Counted from the stretch's first letter, positions 52,432 through 64,000 are shown. The stretch is 64,000 nucleotides of DNA from Entomortierella parvispora E1425 (GCA_020891255.1 BQFW01000013.1:1364001-1428000); one strand, 5' to 3'. Translations and numbers: made by a program. Notes: a model not told the origin generated them from the sequence alone.

Positions 52432-52764
52432 CTCGCTTGAAAACCGTTAAATCCACGCAATACTAACAGGAAATAGCGGATCCAGGTGGCAGCGCTCCTG
52501 CCGTGCCACGTTCGTCCGCCGCTGCTTTGCCCAAGTGGTTGGTTCCCCTGGCGAATTGCGTTTTTGTGCCTCCAGATGGTTCCATCCTCTTGACGAATTC
52601 ATTTCCCCTCTCTTCTATTTCTATCTCTTCTTCATCTCTCTTCTCTCTCTTTTTCTGTAGTCCTTCCTCCCTTCCTTTATCCTCTCTGCTCTCTCCCACC
52701 TCATCTCATTCTCATTCTCTTCATCTCTCTTCTTTGTCCCTCTACTTGATCTCAACAGACACCC

Positions 52765-54282
52765 ATGGTCCGATTCACCTCGAAGCTCACGCTCGTTCTC
52801 GGGCTTTGCGCTGCCGTTGCCTTGGCTAAGGTTGCCGACCAAGCCGCCGTTGACGAGCGGTCTCCAGTGATTTGCAACAAAGGCCATTGTTACCCAAGAG
52901 TCTTCCGTCCCACTACAGAGTTCCAAGAAGTCCTCGATGGTCAAGAAATCCCTGGAGGTAACATTTAGTCCACGTTCTCCTATTCTTATATCTTTGAAAG
53001 TTCTAAACCTCTGACATCCTCCCCTTATGCTTTTTGTCTCTAGGTCTTCATGTACAGATGGATTTCGAAACCCATCGCAAGTACGCAAAGCTCATGGACC
53101 CCGAATCTGTAGCCGATCAGGAACGGGACGCCACCAATTCCATTTTGGTTGTCGATACAAAGACTCCAGGAACATTTCAACACTCTGTCGTCGGTGGTGA
53201 TGATGACGGCTCAGGGGACCTTCCAGCACCCATTGATATCGACCTTGTAGACGTGGATGAAAGCAAGGCATTTGCACACCTCGAGGAGGCTAGCCGGATG
53301 AATCTCCAGACTGCTTTTGAGTCGATCCCAGAGTTGCAGGATCTTAACAATGAATCAAAGGCTGTACCCTCAGACCCTGCCCCTGCCCCTATAGCCAGGA
53401 AAAGCGACCACCAGATCTTTTTAGAGCAGCTGGATTTGGTCCGAACGAGTCCTGATACCAAAGTCATCGTCGCGGCCCTGGAGGAGTTGTCTGATATTGC
53501 CAGTGATATGGATTTCGGTCTCCGGTTGGCTGAAGGCGAGGGCTTAAGGACCTTGTCTGGACTGTTGAGTTGCACATCAGAAAGCGAGAGCTGCCAAGAA
53601 AGACGCATGGTGCGCGCCCGATCGGCCCTTGTCATTGGCACCGCTGTCCAGGTAAAGGAGGCCTTTAAATTCTTTGATGCCTGCTCATTGCTTAAAAAAA
53701 CCCCTACCGTTTTACCGTTTTAACAATTGATTCTTGATTCTATCTTTCGTTGAACAGAACCACGAGAAAGCACAGGAGGCAGCTTTCCATGCAAACTTGC
53801 ACAAGACTCTCTTGACCCATTTGGAGATTGAGACGGACGAATATGTTTTGCGTCGATTGATCTTTGCCTATGCCAGTTTGGTGCGTGGCAGCAAACATGA
53901 TTTTATTCAGGACGAGGATGTGGCTAGATTGGCAGCTGTTTACAACCAGAGCCAGGACCCCACTTTCAGACGCAAGTGTGTTTATCTCATGAGCGACTTT
54001 GCGGACCCTGACATGAAGTTCATCGCCAATGACACCTCCTCATCCGAGGAACAAGGATCTGAAAAGATTGTCGAGGACAGCTTCCTGGGGTTGGAAGTTG
54101 TGGAGAAGCAGGGGGTCGATGTGGGTCCTTGGTGCGAAACTCTTCAGCAACAAAACAAGACTTCGTCGGAAGAGGACGACGGTGAGGATTGGGAAATTAT
54201 TGATCGTGCAGTGGAGCTTTTGCATTCGTCCTACCCAGAGACTTGTGTCCTGTCTGGTGGCAGACGTCGAGATGAACTTTAG
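52765..54282 (+). CDS. SIL1: SIL1 ER-lumenal BiP nucleotide exchange factor, 3 exons, ~441 aa
   Basis: Signal peptide MVRFTSKLTLVLGLCAAVALA; CYPRVFRPTTEFQEV..IPGGLHVQMDFET; LEELSDI..DFGLRL; ALVIGTAVQNHEKAQ; C-terminal RDEL; exons 52765-52957, 53044-53651, 53758-54282. Confidence 0.92.
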
Positions 54283-54391
54283 ACATGAGGATTTAGATGT
54301 TAATATATTGTACAATATTTCTCAAAAGGCAATGAGATGCATGCAATGTAAGTAAGTGCGGCAGGCAGTTCCTGCGGCTTTATTATAGTCA

Positions 54392-55849
54392 CTACAACTC
54401 CTCGGCATTGATCAAGACATTGTCGATCAAACGGGTCGTGCCGACGTAGACCGCGCCCGAAAGAATGGCAGCCTGCTCCTTGCCCAAGACCTCAATCTCG
54501 CCCAACGTGGCCACATCGACCAAGGACAAGTAATCCAAACGGACTTCAAAGGGCAATCCCTGGTCCTTGACCTGCTTCGTGACCTCCTCAATGATCGCGT
54601 ATGCGGGCTTCAAGATCTCCTCCCTCTCATTGGTGGCTCCAGTTTGAATGACCTCCTTTGCGGCCGAGATGGCTCTGTACAACAATGTCGCGATGTTGCG
54701 CATCTCGGGGGTCAAATAGCGGTTGCGGGAAGACATGGCCAATCCATCCTGCTCACGGGCCGTAGGCAAAGCCCTCATGCGAATAGGCAACAACAGATCC
54801 CGGATCATGGCACGAACCACCACACACTGCTGGGCATCCTTTTGACCAAAGAAGGCGCGATCGGGTTGAACAATGTTGAACAGCTTGGTCACCACAGTCG
54901 CCACACCACGGAAGAAATGGGGCCGGGGGATACCCTCCATCTGATGCGAAAGTCCTTGGACTTCGACAAAGGTGCCCTGTTGCTGAGCGCGGTCCAAGGT
55001 GATGCCGGCTGGGTACATCTCACTGACTTTGGGCAAGAGAATGGCAGCACAGGACTTTGATTCCACAAGGGAAGCATAGTCCGAATCAAAGCTGCGTGGG
55101 TACTGATCCAGATCCTCGTGAGGTGCAAATTGGGCTGGGTTGACAAAGATGGACACCACCACAGCATCGCACTCTTTCCTGGCATTCTTGACTGTGATGA
55201 AAAAAAAGGGGAGGGTGGAAGTTGGTGGGACAGCATGATATTAGTTTCTCAATTGCTTCCGTAAAACACTGCGACCCTTGCATATGGTGACTGAGAGCAT
55301 TAAAAGACTCTTCTTTGTTACCTAGTCCCAAGTGACCGGCGTGAAGGGCACCCATTGTGGGTACAAAGCCCACAGTCTTGCCCTGGCGTCTCAACTCCTC
55401 GCGCCACTCGCGGAATGCCGCGATCGAATCAAAAACGGGAATCTGGCCATCGCCTAGAGGGGAAAGAATGGGATGCATTGGTTAGATCAAGGATCGATTT
55501 TTTTTTTTGCGGAGGATGGTAGTAGTATCTTCTTTCAAAAAGGGGAGTATAAAACAGAGTGAACAAAGTACTTGCCGAGGGCCGTGTTGGCAGAGTGACT
55601 CATTCTGACAATGTTTTGTTTAAATGAAAGGTTGGGGAATGATGAGCTCTTGAGGGTCCTGCCAGATGTTGAGCGTGTAGATGATCCTGCTAGCCTAAGA
55701 CTGAGGGTGGAGTATGAAGCGCGAGGTGAGCTCGTCTGGTGGATCCAGAAGGATGACGATGACAATGACCGCGCCACTGTGGTCGAGACCGGGGTCGCGC
55801 GGATGTTTCGGAGACAGGAGGTACAGGCCCAAGCAGCGGCTGCGGTCAT
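54392..55849 (-). CDS. PAN6: Pantoate-beta-alanine ligase (pantothenate synthetase), 3 exons, ~401 aa long form or ~319 aa from the second ATG
   Basis: GFVPTMGALHAGH, SIFVNPAQF, RPHFFRGVATVV, FGQKDAQQ, REQDGLAMSSRN, TRLIDN; exons 55576-55849, 55322-55453, 54392-55191; the first exon depends on a GC-AG intron and is less certain. Confidence 0.93.
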
Positions 55850-56248
55850 GATGAATGCAGAGGGGATGTAGGAAAGAAAGAAGCCGACATGATGATGCCC
55901 TTACCCTGGGAAGAACAAGAAAGTGCTAGCCTAGAGGAGGAGAGTGAAATGGGGATCTTGCTTTGCTCGCCGGATCCAAGTCCGCATCAGCACCCGTCGG
56001 ACACTCTCCCACGCCTCTCACACGCAACAAGCGGTCCTCCAAAAGCCACTTCGCTCTCCTTCTTTATTGTATTCCATACACGCGCACCCTGGTGCTCTCA
56101 CCGCGTCTATCGCCTTGAGCTGTGCTGCTTCTATGGCAATTGTGCCTCTTTTTTATTTTTAAAATGGCTTTGGGTATGTTTGGAAAAAAAGTTGTAAAAA
56201 CTGAAATGAGTGAATTAGATGCATGGGAAAATAGATAAAAATACGCCT

Positions 56249-58126
56249 TTAGTACAACTCCCACCGCCAGGGCACAACACGGTTCCTGTTGTTGGTCTTT
56301 ATCCTGAAGGCGGAATGCACTGCTAGTGGTGAATCCTTGCTTCCAATGAAAATCGCACTGTTGGACATGATATATGTTCTCGTGGTCGCTTCGCCATAAC
56401 CTCCAAGATCCTCGTACGCGGAGCCTCCAAACAATCCATTGGCATCGTCTTCTGCTCCAACGCGCAACCATCCAGGCTGTCGGTCCATGTTAGACAGGAC
56501 CTCAAGATCAGTCTCGGTCGTAGTCACAAGTACAGGTCTTTTCACTCCTTCTGTTTGTTGAAGAAGCTCAATGCGCTTGGAAATCAAGTCAACGGTCCAT
56601 TGGCAATCTGAACGAGTCTTGTCCTTGTCGCAGACCTCACGCGGAGGTAGCTTGTCAATATGAACACCAATGTATCCATCCTTGCGATCTTCCTTTTCCA
56701 GTGCCCTCATAACTTCCAAAACACTCTGGCGAGCTTGCAATCGAATAGCTCGAGTAAAGCTGATCAAAGGTCCATATTCTTCCCAGATCATCTCTTCAAT
56801 GTCCAGATCTTGAGCGCCTACAATCTCTGTTCCAGAGATGCACACAAACTTTCCATGGCGGTAATCCTGAGTTGGGTCCACCTTTTCGTTCTCCGCCAAT
56901 GGTCCCCAGTTTCTTTGGATAGCTTCTGGTTTGAGATCCCAGTACTGGTCGTCGAGAACATCGAACTCGGTTTTGAGATTGAAAGTGTTCAGGAAATGGC
57001 GCCCTACAAAGTCAATTGTCTTCCATGATCCTGCCGCAGCGGGTCCTTGGCACCGAATGGAAGTGGGGGTGGAGTCGCCCGTAGACAACAACTCTGGCTG
57101 ATAGGATGTGGCGGGATTCTCCTCCTCCATGGCTACTTCGGCCGTGAACGGTCTTGAAAGAGTAGGTCGTACCAATTCCATTGGGACAATAGGCTGTGAT
57201 TGTGAGGTTTTCTTGAGATCAAAGAGAGTATTCCAGCGCTGACGCTTAGTGGCGCGGGGTCCTGAAAAGACTGGGTAAAAGTGGGCGAGCGACGGTGGGG
57301 GCATGATCGGGGGCGAGTAGATCAAGGTACGGTTCGAATGCTTAGCGATCCAGAGAGCGGCTGTCAAGGAAAAGTACTGAGCCTCAATGGTCTCTCCAGA
57401 GGGGACAAAGAGCAGGTAGTTGGCTGCAGGGGGAAGTGTCTGGGAGGAATCGAACTGTGCAAGCGAATTGACCGTTACAGGGGCAACTCCCTCGATGTGA
57501 TCGATGTGGTTTTCCAGATCCAAAAGTTCCTCGCCGGACTCGAGATCTGAATCAGGATCGGGTTCGCCAGTGGCTTCATCATTAGAGTCAGTAGAGGCGC
57601 CTTCGTTATCCAGCACCTCTTCGCCTGGCTCATATTCGTCCACAGACTCGACACCTTCTTCGGCACTGACTTTGCTTTGGCCTTTGATGCTGTCGTCATT
57701 CTGATGCTGGACTGACTGTTGAACATGCTGGACTCTTGGTCGCACAGTCCGGACAGGTCGTGAAAGATTCGACAGGTCCTCAGCAGTATCAAGGATGGTG
57801 CCGAGGATCAGCTTTTGGAGTGCCCTTGTAGTCATGGAAGCATAGGACAACGACTCCGTGGGATGATCAAGTGCACTGTTGTTATCAAGGTCGGTTCCTC
57901 GTGCTCCTGTGCCGACCCTCTCGTCTTCTGGGACAGCTGCTGAGCCTGATAGAAGAGCCTTGAACTGTGAGGATGATGTTGATCCTGAGGATGTGCTTGA
58001 GGTCCGAACCCATGAGCCATCATCGAGGGAGAGTGGGTGTAGTGAGAATGTGAGGATAGAGCCGATGCAGAGAATGAGGAGGCCGCCCATTAAGGCTCGG
58101 TGCCGTGTGGACATTGTTGTGACCAT
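56249..58126 (-). CDS. Type II membrane O-fucosyltransferase-like (GT-B) protein, intronless, 625 aa
   Basis: N-terminal TM helix, acidic stem, then YLLFVPSG..ALWIAKHSNRTLI..PP, WNTLFDL, YIGVHI, PVLVTT, SAIFIGS, the pattern of O-FucT-like families as I recall it. Confidence 0.65.
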   Translation of the reverse strand: MVTTMSTRHRALMGGLLILCIGSILTFSLHPLSLDDGSWVRTSSTSSGSTSSSQFKALLSGSAAVPEDERVGTGARGTDLDNNSALDHPTESLSYASMTTRALQKLILGTILDTAEDLSNLSRPVRTVRPRVQHVQQSVQHQNDDSIKGQSKVSAEEGVESVDEYEPGEEVLDNEGASTDSNDEATGEPDPDSDLESGEELLDLENHIDHIEGVAPVTVNSLAQFDSSQTLPPAANYLLFVPSGETIEAQYFSLTAALWIAKHSNRTLIYSPPIMPPPSLAHFYPVFSGPRATKRQRWNTLFDLKKTSQSQPIVPMELVRPTLSRPFTAEVAMEEENPATSYQPELLSTGDSTPTSIRCQGPAAAGSWKTIDFVGRHFLNTFNLKTEFDVLDDQYWDLKPEAIQRNWGPLAENEKVDPTQDYRHGKFVCISGTEIVGAQDLDIEEMIWEEYGPLISFTRAIRLQARQSVLEVMRALEKEDRKDGYIGVHIDKLPPREVCDKDKTRSDCQWTVDLISKRIELLQQTEGVKRPVLVTTTETDLEVLSNMDRQPGWLRVGAEDDANGLFGGSAYEDLGGYGEATTRTYIMSNSAIFIGSKDSPLAVHSAFRIKTNNRNRVVPWRWELY

Positions 58127-58520
58127 GACAGTTCAATTTACAAAGTTTAGAGTGTGGGGGGAGGGAAGAGGACAAAAGAAGGACAGACGGACATTCGATC
58201 CAGCAAAAAGGAAGGATGAGATGGAAGAGAAGAAGAAGATTGCAGCAGAGGCAGAGAGGAAGTGAGGAGGTGATTTGCTCATTCATCCATCCATTGATTC
58301 AGCGACAGAAAAAGAAAAAAGAATAAAACAAAAATCCGCTCTATTTTTATCATCGGAAGAATGGACAAAAGGGTTTAGCACATAGATCCGGTAGTACCAG
58401 GGACAGGCACCCAAATGCTCTCTTGGGAGCATGTGCCACCACCCGATGTGGTCATGAGCGATGGATGACCCTCTCTTCTTTGTTTGAACGTGATGTCCGT
58501 GGCATTGTATCCCCCGATGG

Positions 58521-61348
58521 CTACTCGACTCGTATCTTCCGCGGTCGTCCTGGGCCTCGCTTCCTAGGGATCTCCCCCGCAACGTCCTGCCGTTCCTCCT
58601 TTGGTCTCTTTACCGCCTCCTTCTCCGATGTGTCACTAAGATCGTCGTCGCTTTGCTCCGCCACAAATCGGGCAATCATACTCTTTGCGACTCGCCCTCT
58701 TCTTCTTGGAATTGCAAACCCATGGCCAATCATGGCCTCGGATCTCTCTGGTGGTGGCGAATCCGTAGTGTGAGCCTCCTCCAACGAAAGCAGGTGCGAC
58801 TGATCGCCTTCATGATCGTCATGACCAATCTCGCGACGGGCAGAGAGGTTTGTAGATGTTGCCCTGTTGGGGCCATCAATGGTTTGTGGTCCTATCAATG
58901 AATCGAGGACATCTTTGGCGACTTCGATACCACTTAAATATGCACCATGTGCAGTTGCTGGATACTGCCGACTTGTTGCTTCGCCTGCGAAGTAGAGCTG
59001 ATTATCGATGGGTTTTGCTAAAAGATCGTAGTCCTCACCAGTACCATCTTTGCCCACGAATGAGTAGCTTCCTTGAGCAAATTCGTCTTGAGACCACCGG
59101 GTGACTATCGTCTCTACAGGTTTGGGAATGTGGGGGATCTCTGGATGGATCAACGCTAACGTCTCCAACGCTTCTTGAACCAAGTCTTCCTTTGACATGT
59201 TTTCGGAATCATACGCAAACTGTCCTGCCATCAAGGTCACTAGAGAGCCGATAGATGTTAGAATTTGATCCGCAACGCACCACAATCAGCAATTCAACTT
59301 GGCACAAGAAAGTTACCTAAAACAGGAAGGCCTGATACAACTATACAGTTCCAGAACATGTAAAACTTCCCGCGGCTGGATCGGTATGCTTTGAGATCGT
59401 AGCCTTTCCCTGAACCACCATCCTTGCCGCTGCCGACGTATCCAAATAGTTCAACCGAAGAGTCCCAGAAAGGCTTTTCAAAGACAAGAACCAGCTTGTT
59501 GAGGAGCCCAAATCCAAGCCTCTGCATGGCTTTCTGTTTCCATTCCGGTAGTGGCGGAGAAAAGTCAATTTGTCGACTCTTTAGCACACCCAAGGGTACC
59601 GTGATAACTGCTGCATGACATGCAATGGATGTCCCGTCGCGACATTTTACTGTGATCGGCGCCTGTTGCTGTCCTCTAGTCGATGTTCTCTTAATAGATG
59701 CAACTGGCATATTCAACCGTACATCGAGGTCTTGAGAGAGAGTGACGGGAACTTGACCATAGCCCTCAATGACCATACAGTGATTGCCTGAAAATTCATA
59801 GTCATCGTCTTGATCCCAGTGCCGAAGAGACAGCTGATCCAATGGAGTTGCATTTGCAAACTATTTTCATGTACCTCTTGTTAATAACCATTTCATCTCA
59901 AAATCTTTGAGGATATACGATGGTGCTGACTCCAAGCGTACCTCTAAGTTTGCATAGTGCCAGTGAATCAGCCCTAGCTCTTGTGGAGTCCAGGATCTAA
60001 ATTCGGGATGTGACTCCATAAAGTAATCCATAGAGTGGCCGAGAGTGGGTGAGGTCGCTGAATGGACCCTTCCTGGTCCTCGAGGGCCTCGTTTCGCTCG
60101 CTCGCCAAGATACGTCTGTAGAGACTGCGGGATGTCTTTTGAATCTCTCAATTTGCAAGCTTGATCCAGTATCCGATTGAAGACTTTTTCACAATGAATG
60201 TCCTTGTCCTTTGGGACCAATCTCCCGTCATGTTCAAAGAGGTCACACGTGTCATTGACAAGATAATGCAGATCCATATTAGGTAGCTGACGACGGACAA
60301 TGATCTCCATAGGGTTGCCGTTCTCAAAGCCTGTGATGATTTGGGCGCCGAGATCAACTGCGTGTCGTGCTCTAGCGGTATCATGCCTTTGAATTGTATC
60401 AGAGCTGGACAAGCTGTGTTTTCTTGAGGGTAATTCTTTAGGGGCCGTTTGTAGTGTGGTTGTCGATAGAGCTTTTGTTTCAAGTTCCATGGAGTGCATT
60501 CTTCCACCAATGCGTGATCGTGCCTCTAGTATCACGACCTTGGGTGGAAGTCCAGGAGCAAAGTGCGGAGCAAAATAGTGGAACAGGTTTTCCAGCTGTC
60601 TAGCAACGGCTACACCTGCAATGCCGCTTCCGACGATTACAATCTCCTTTTGAGCCAGATTTGTTGAGGTATGTTGATTGCTGTCACGAGTCCTCTCTTT
60701 GGACTGACGGGCAGCATGGCTGCCTTCTGTACTTCTGATATGGCTTGCTCGATCCTGAAAGGGACACATTCCGAAGTTGATGTAGCCGGATCGTAGCAGA
60801 AACTCGTAGACGTGGGGAATAAGGCCACGGTGGAGTCCAAGATCCTTGGTTGCATTAAATGCGCGATCTAGGGTGAGCGGCTCTCTTGGTGATTCGCGCC
60901 AAAGCCAGAGCATGGTGTTCCTGACATGAAGGTAATTGTCAAGGTCGGGTTTGCCGATATGGTACTGAAAGAGCTCAAACTCCTCGACACATAGGCCATG
61001 CGCATGTAACCTGGACGCGTGTGCGGCGTCATTCAGCATCCTGTCCTTTTGCGACTGCAGGCGATATTTCCTTGAGCTCGAATGGGACGGAGATGAGGAG
61101 GCCGAGGTGGAAGAGGTGGAGACTGATGCATTCCTGCGAAATCGCGGTTTTGGAGATGTTGTTGGTCCTGGCATGCTCAAATTGACTTGCTTTCTGATCC
61201 GTTTGCTCTGCATGATCAGTTTCTTTGGCGATGTCTCTCCATCTGGGGCTGACCCATCTGCAGTCCAGGCGCGACCAAGTGAAGACGCGAGTTGACGCTG
61301 GATCGTTCTTTTCCGTGCCAGCTTCTTTGTCTCTCGTGAATCAGACAT
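58521..61348 (-). CDS. LSD1: LSD1/KDM1-like FAD-dependent lysine demethylase (SWIRM + amine oxidase), 3 exons, ~889 aa
   Basis: SWIRM YLHVRNTMLWLW..FLLRSGYINFG; GSGIAG, LEARSRIGGR, DLGAQII, HWHYANLEFANA, TVPLGVLK, GLLNKLVL, TRWSQDEFAQGSYS, FAGEAT, TAHGAYLSG; exons 59942-61348, 59317-59860, 58521-59239. Confidence 0.92.
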
Positions 61349-62863
61349 GTCCAGTCAGTGATGAGCGTGTGTAAGCGGTGATGGCGATGCAGGATGAGGG
61401 GAGCAGGCTAAATCAAAAAAAAGAGCGATGATTCTCAACTGCACCATGAGAATCAGCCAGAAAGGGGAACCAAACGCCACCAAAAATCAAACCATTGTAG
61501 GCATTCATCCTGAAGTTGCGTTGCAATGATCGACGCGACTTTCTCTCTCCACTCGCCCTCTTTACCTCTCTCTTGCGCCGCCTATCATTGCCATGCGCCT
61601 CCGCAGATTGAGCAAATCTTTTTGGTAGCCTAATCTTCCACGTCCACGATCTAAAGATTCAGTCGCTAGCGCCTATTTGTCATCTTCGTCAGCCCTGCTG
61701 CAGAGGGCGGCAGTCAGGGTAGATCAAGGATCCGTTGCCGACACTGACTTTGGTCATGTGTCCCGGGGAATCCTTGGATCCGAGCCAGACCTCTGAGTAA
61801 ACAGGAGCACCACAATTGCTCTTTAAACTCACCTCCATGGAGACGTGCAAAGCCGCGGCTGATCGCGTCTTGCATTATGATTCGCACAGAGAATGTAACA
61901 GCGAGAGCGCCACACCCGCAGTTGTTCAAGAAGGAACACGCGTTGATTCTCTTTCTGCTTGCTCTCTTTTGGCTGTCCGCCCGTTCTCACCTTTGCTCTC
62001 ATTGTCCACTCATGTTCTTGCTCCCATCGCTGTTTTCCGAGGGCAGCTCTTTGATTTCGTCTGACCGAAAGTTCCTGTCGAAGCGACCTGCATAGGCGTG
62101 TCTAGATCATTGGGCCTGATGATCTCTCCGACCAACAGGGGTTTTCTTCTTCTTCGCCTCTGGCTTATGAAAGACGCATCGGGTCCATACCTCTACCCTT
62201 CTCTCTCTGCTCTCACGACTTGTATTTCTGATTTCTGTTTGTCATCGGCTTCTTCAAATTTATTTACCTCTGACTAGACTTTTATTGCAATAAACACGGC
62301 GGCAGTGGATCCTAGCGTGCTTTGACAGCAACGTACATGTACATTATCATTGCTAATTCCACCGCCCGGGTTCAAGAACGGGGTTACCTCTCAACTAGTG
62401 TTAGTGGGTTAGTCTGTCAAGTTTGTACCGTCCGCAAAACATCAGTGATGTATCCCCGGGTTTATGAAGTGGCTCTCAAGCTTTGATCCCTAATCCTCGG
62501 GCGTCGTTGTTGTCCCTGACACACTTCCCATGAGCAATTGCAATCCAAACACGAGGTCGCATTCACCCACGCTTTGTGTTCAATCTCCTTAGGGGATAAT
62601 GGCTAGAGAGTCTAGTGCCCCAAAGTCCCTTGCAGTCCAAAGAATGGGCTGTCCCTGTTGGGCGAACTCATTGAATCGAATGGATGTTCCTTGATAAACA
62701 GGATTAAGTGCAACCATGTCCCATCCCAATCGAAGCAAGCCCCTGGCTGTGATGTGGTGCTTCATTGGGTGTCGTTTTGCCCTTTATTTCTTCGCGCATA
62801 TGCGAAAACCGTTTGTCCAGCAGAGATCGACCGGAGACCCGACCGACAGTCTGTGGATTTCGG

Positions 62864-62871
62864 TATAAATA
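62864..62871 (+). promoter_or_regulatory. TATA box (TATAAATA) upstream of the RNase T2 gene
   Basis: Canonical TATA about 125 nt before the ATG, followed by a pyrimidine-rich leader. Confidence 0.5.
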
Positions 62872-62996
62872 CTCGAGACAGGATCCGAGTCTCAACCTCT
62901 CGCCAGACAGTCACCCACAGTCCTCCAGCCAGTCCCGTCCGTCTCCTTCTATTCCTCCATCTTTCCTTCTCTCTCTCTCTTCCTTCTTCCCACATC

Positions 62997-64000
62997 ATGA
63001 AGCTCGTCTCTGTGACCTCCTCCGTGGCTTTGATCATGGCTGCTGGTCTCTCGGTCGTCTCTTCTCTGCCACTTAATATCAACCACTCTCCGCTCAGCCC
63101 TCGTGCGGATACCTGCCCTGTGGACGTTTTATCTTGCTCTTCGGCCTCTAGTGGGGTGCCCGCGTGTTGTCTGCCCTCAATGGGATTGTTGGTTTTGGTT
63201 CAGCAGTGGTACAATGGCCTCGGACCTTTGGATGAGTTTACAATGCATGGTCTCTGGCCAGACACTTGTTCTGGAGGTCAAGGACCAGCCAACGGCTGTG
63301 ATGCCAATCGCATCTACTCTGTACGGATAACAATTGGGGCAAACTTCATTACTGCTCATGTTTTTTCCAAGTCGTCAGATTGTGCACGCTTCTAACAGTC
63401 AAAACCCTTTCCAATCTTCTTTTCTGGTCACCAAACAGGACATTGAACCCCGTCTTCAAAAATACCCCGGTACACCGTCAACCTTCCTCTCAGAGATGCA
63501 CACTTACTGGTCATCTTATAAAGGTGACAACAATGCTTTCTGGTCCCATGAGTGGTCCAAGCACGGCACCTGCCTTTCAACTTTGGCCCCTACTTGTTCA
63601 AGCGACTTTGCTCCGGACCAAGATATTTACAGCTACTTTAGCAAAGCCTTGGAATTGCGATCCAAGTACAACCTCTACCAGGCCCTGGCAGCCAAGGGCA
63701 TCACGCCAGGGTCAAACCCCAATGTGGCAGACATGCACTCTGCCATCCAGGCAGCCTTTGGATTCGATGCCGAGATTAACTGTGTCTCTGGTGTCCTGAG
63801 TGAGGTAAAATGGCGTAGCTTGGAATTGATTTTGTCGATTCCTCTCCCATTGATCCCCCTTAGTTCGCATCTCCTCCACCACCTCTACCTCTTTCTCTCA
63901 TATCTCTAATACTTGCTTATCTGCACCCATCTTTATAGATCTGGTTGTTCTTCAATATTAAGAACGGCAACCAATACGTTCTCACGGCTCCTCAGTCTCG
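62997..64000 (+). CDS. Secreted ribonuclease T2, 3' end beyond the window
   Basis: Signal peptide; [13 protein letters not shown] and [17 protein letters not shown]; exons 62997-63320, 63439-63804, 63939->64000. Confidence 0.95.

Noticed and set aside
62360-62385. CCCGGGTTCAAG resembling a tRNA T arm
   Set aside because: No closing T stem, D arm or acceptor stem

Overview
Gene-dense eukaryotic DNA with short GT-AG introns (mostly 70-130 nt), abundant poly(A)/poly(T) tracts and pyrimidine-rich leaders. Its style suggests an early-diverging fungus of the Mortierellaceae type (inference; no search run). I can support 23 protein-coding loci, including one frameshifted copy, and one tRNA-Ala(AGC). 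In order: Zn2Cys6 TF, tRNA-Ala, a head-to-head pair of ~65-aa paralogous micro-ORFs (second copy frameshifted), GSI-like gamma-glutamyl ligase, SND2/TMEM208 (missed by the ORF track), RNA14/CstF-77, C2H2 TF, coiled-coil orphan, F-box/LRR, YIPF1/2-like, F-BAR/SH3, RIO2, DPH1, Ded1/Vasa-like DEAD-box helicase, two large disordered orphans, beta-lactamase-fold serine hydrolase, 2OG-Fe(II) oxygenase, beta-COP, SIL1, PAN6, O-fucosyltransferase-like protein, LSD1-like demethylase and RNase T2 (runs off the end). I found no transposon, CRISPR array or clear biosynthetic cluster, and no multi-gene novel system I can support. The best leads are the micro-ORF pair, a GS-like enzyme with Trp at the Glu327 flap, a pantothenate synthetase with a GC-AG intron and a mitochondrial-type N-terminal extension, a repeat-built helicase N-terminus, a Tower-less LSD1 with an AT-hook, and a 13-nt microexon. 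Exon boundaries were worked out by hand from splice consensus and frame continuity and need RNA-seq confirmation.
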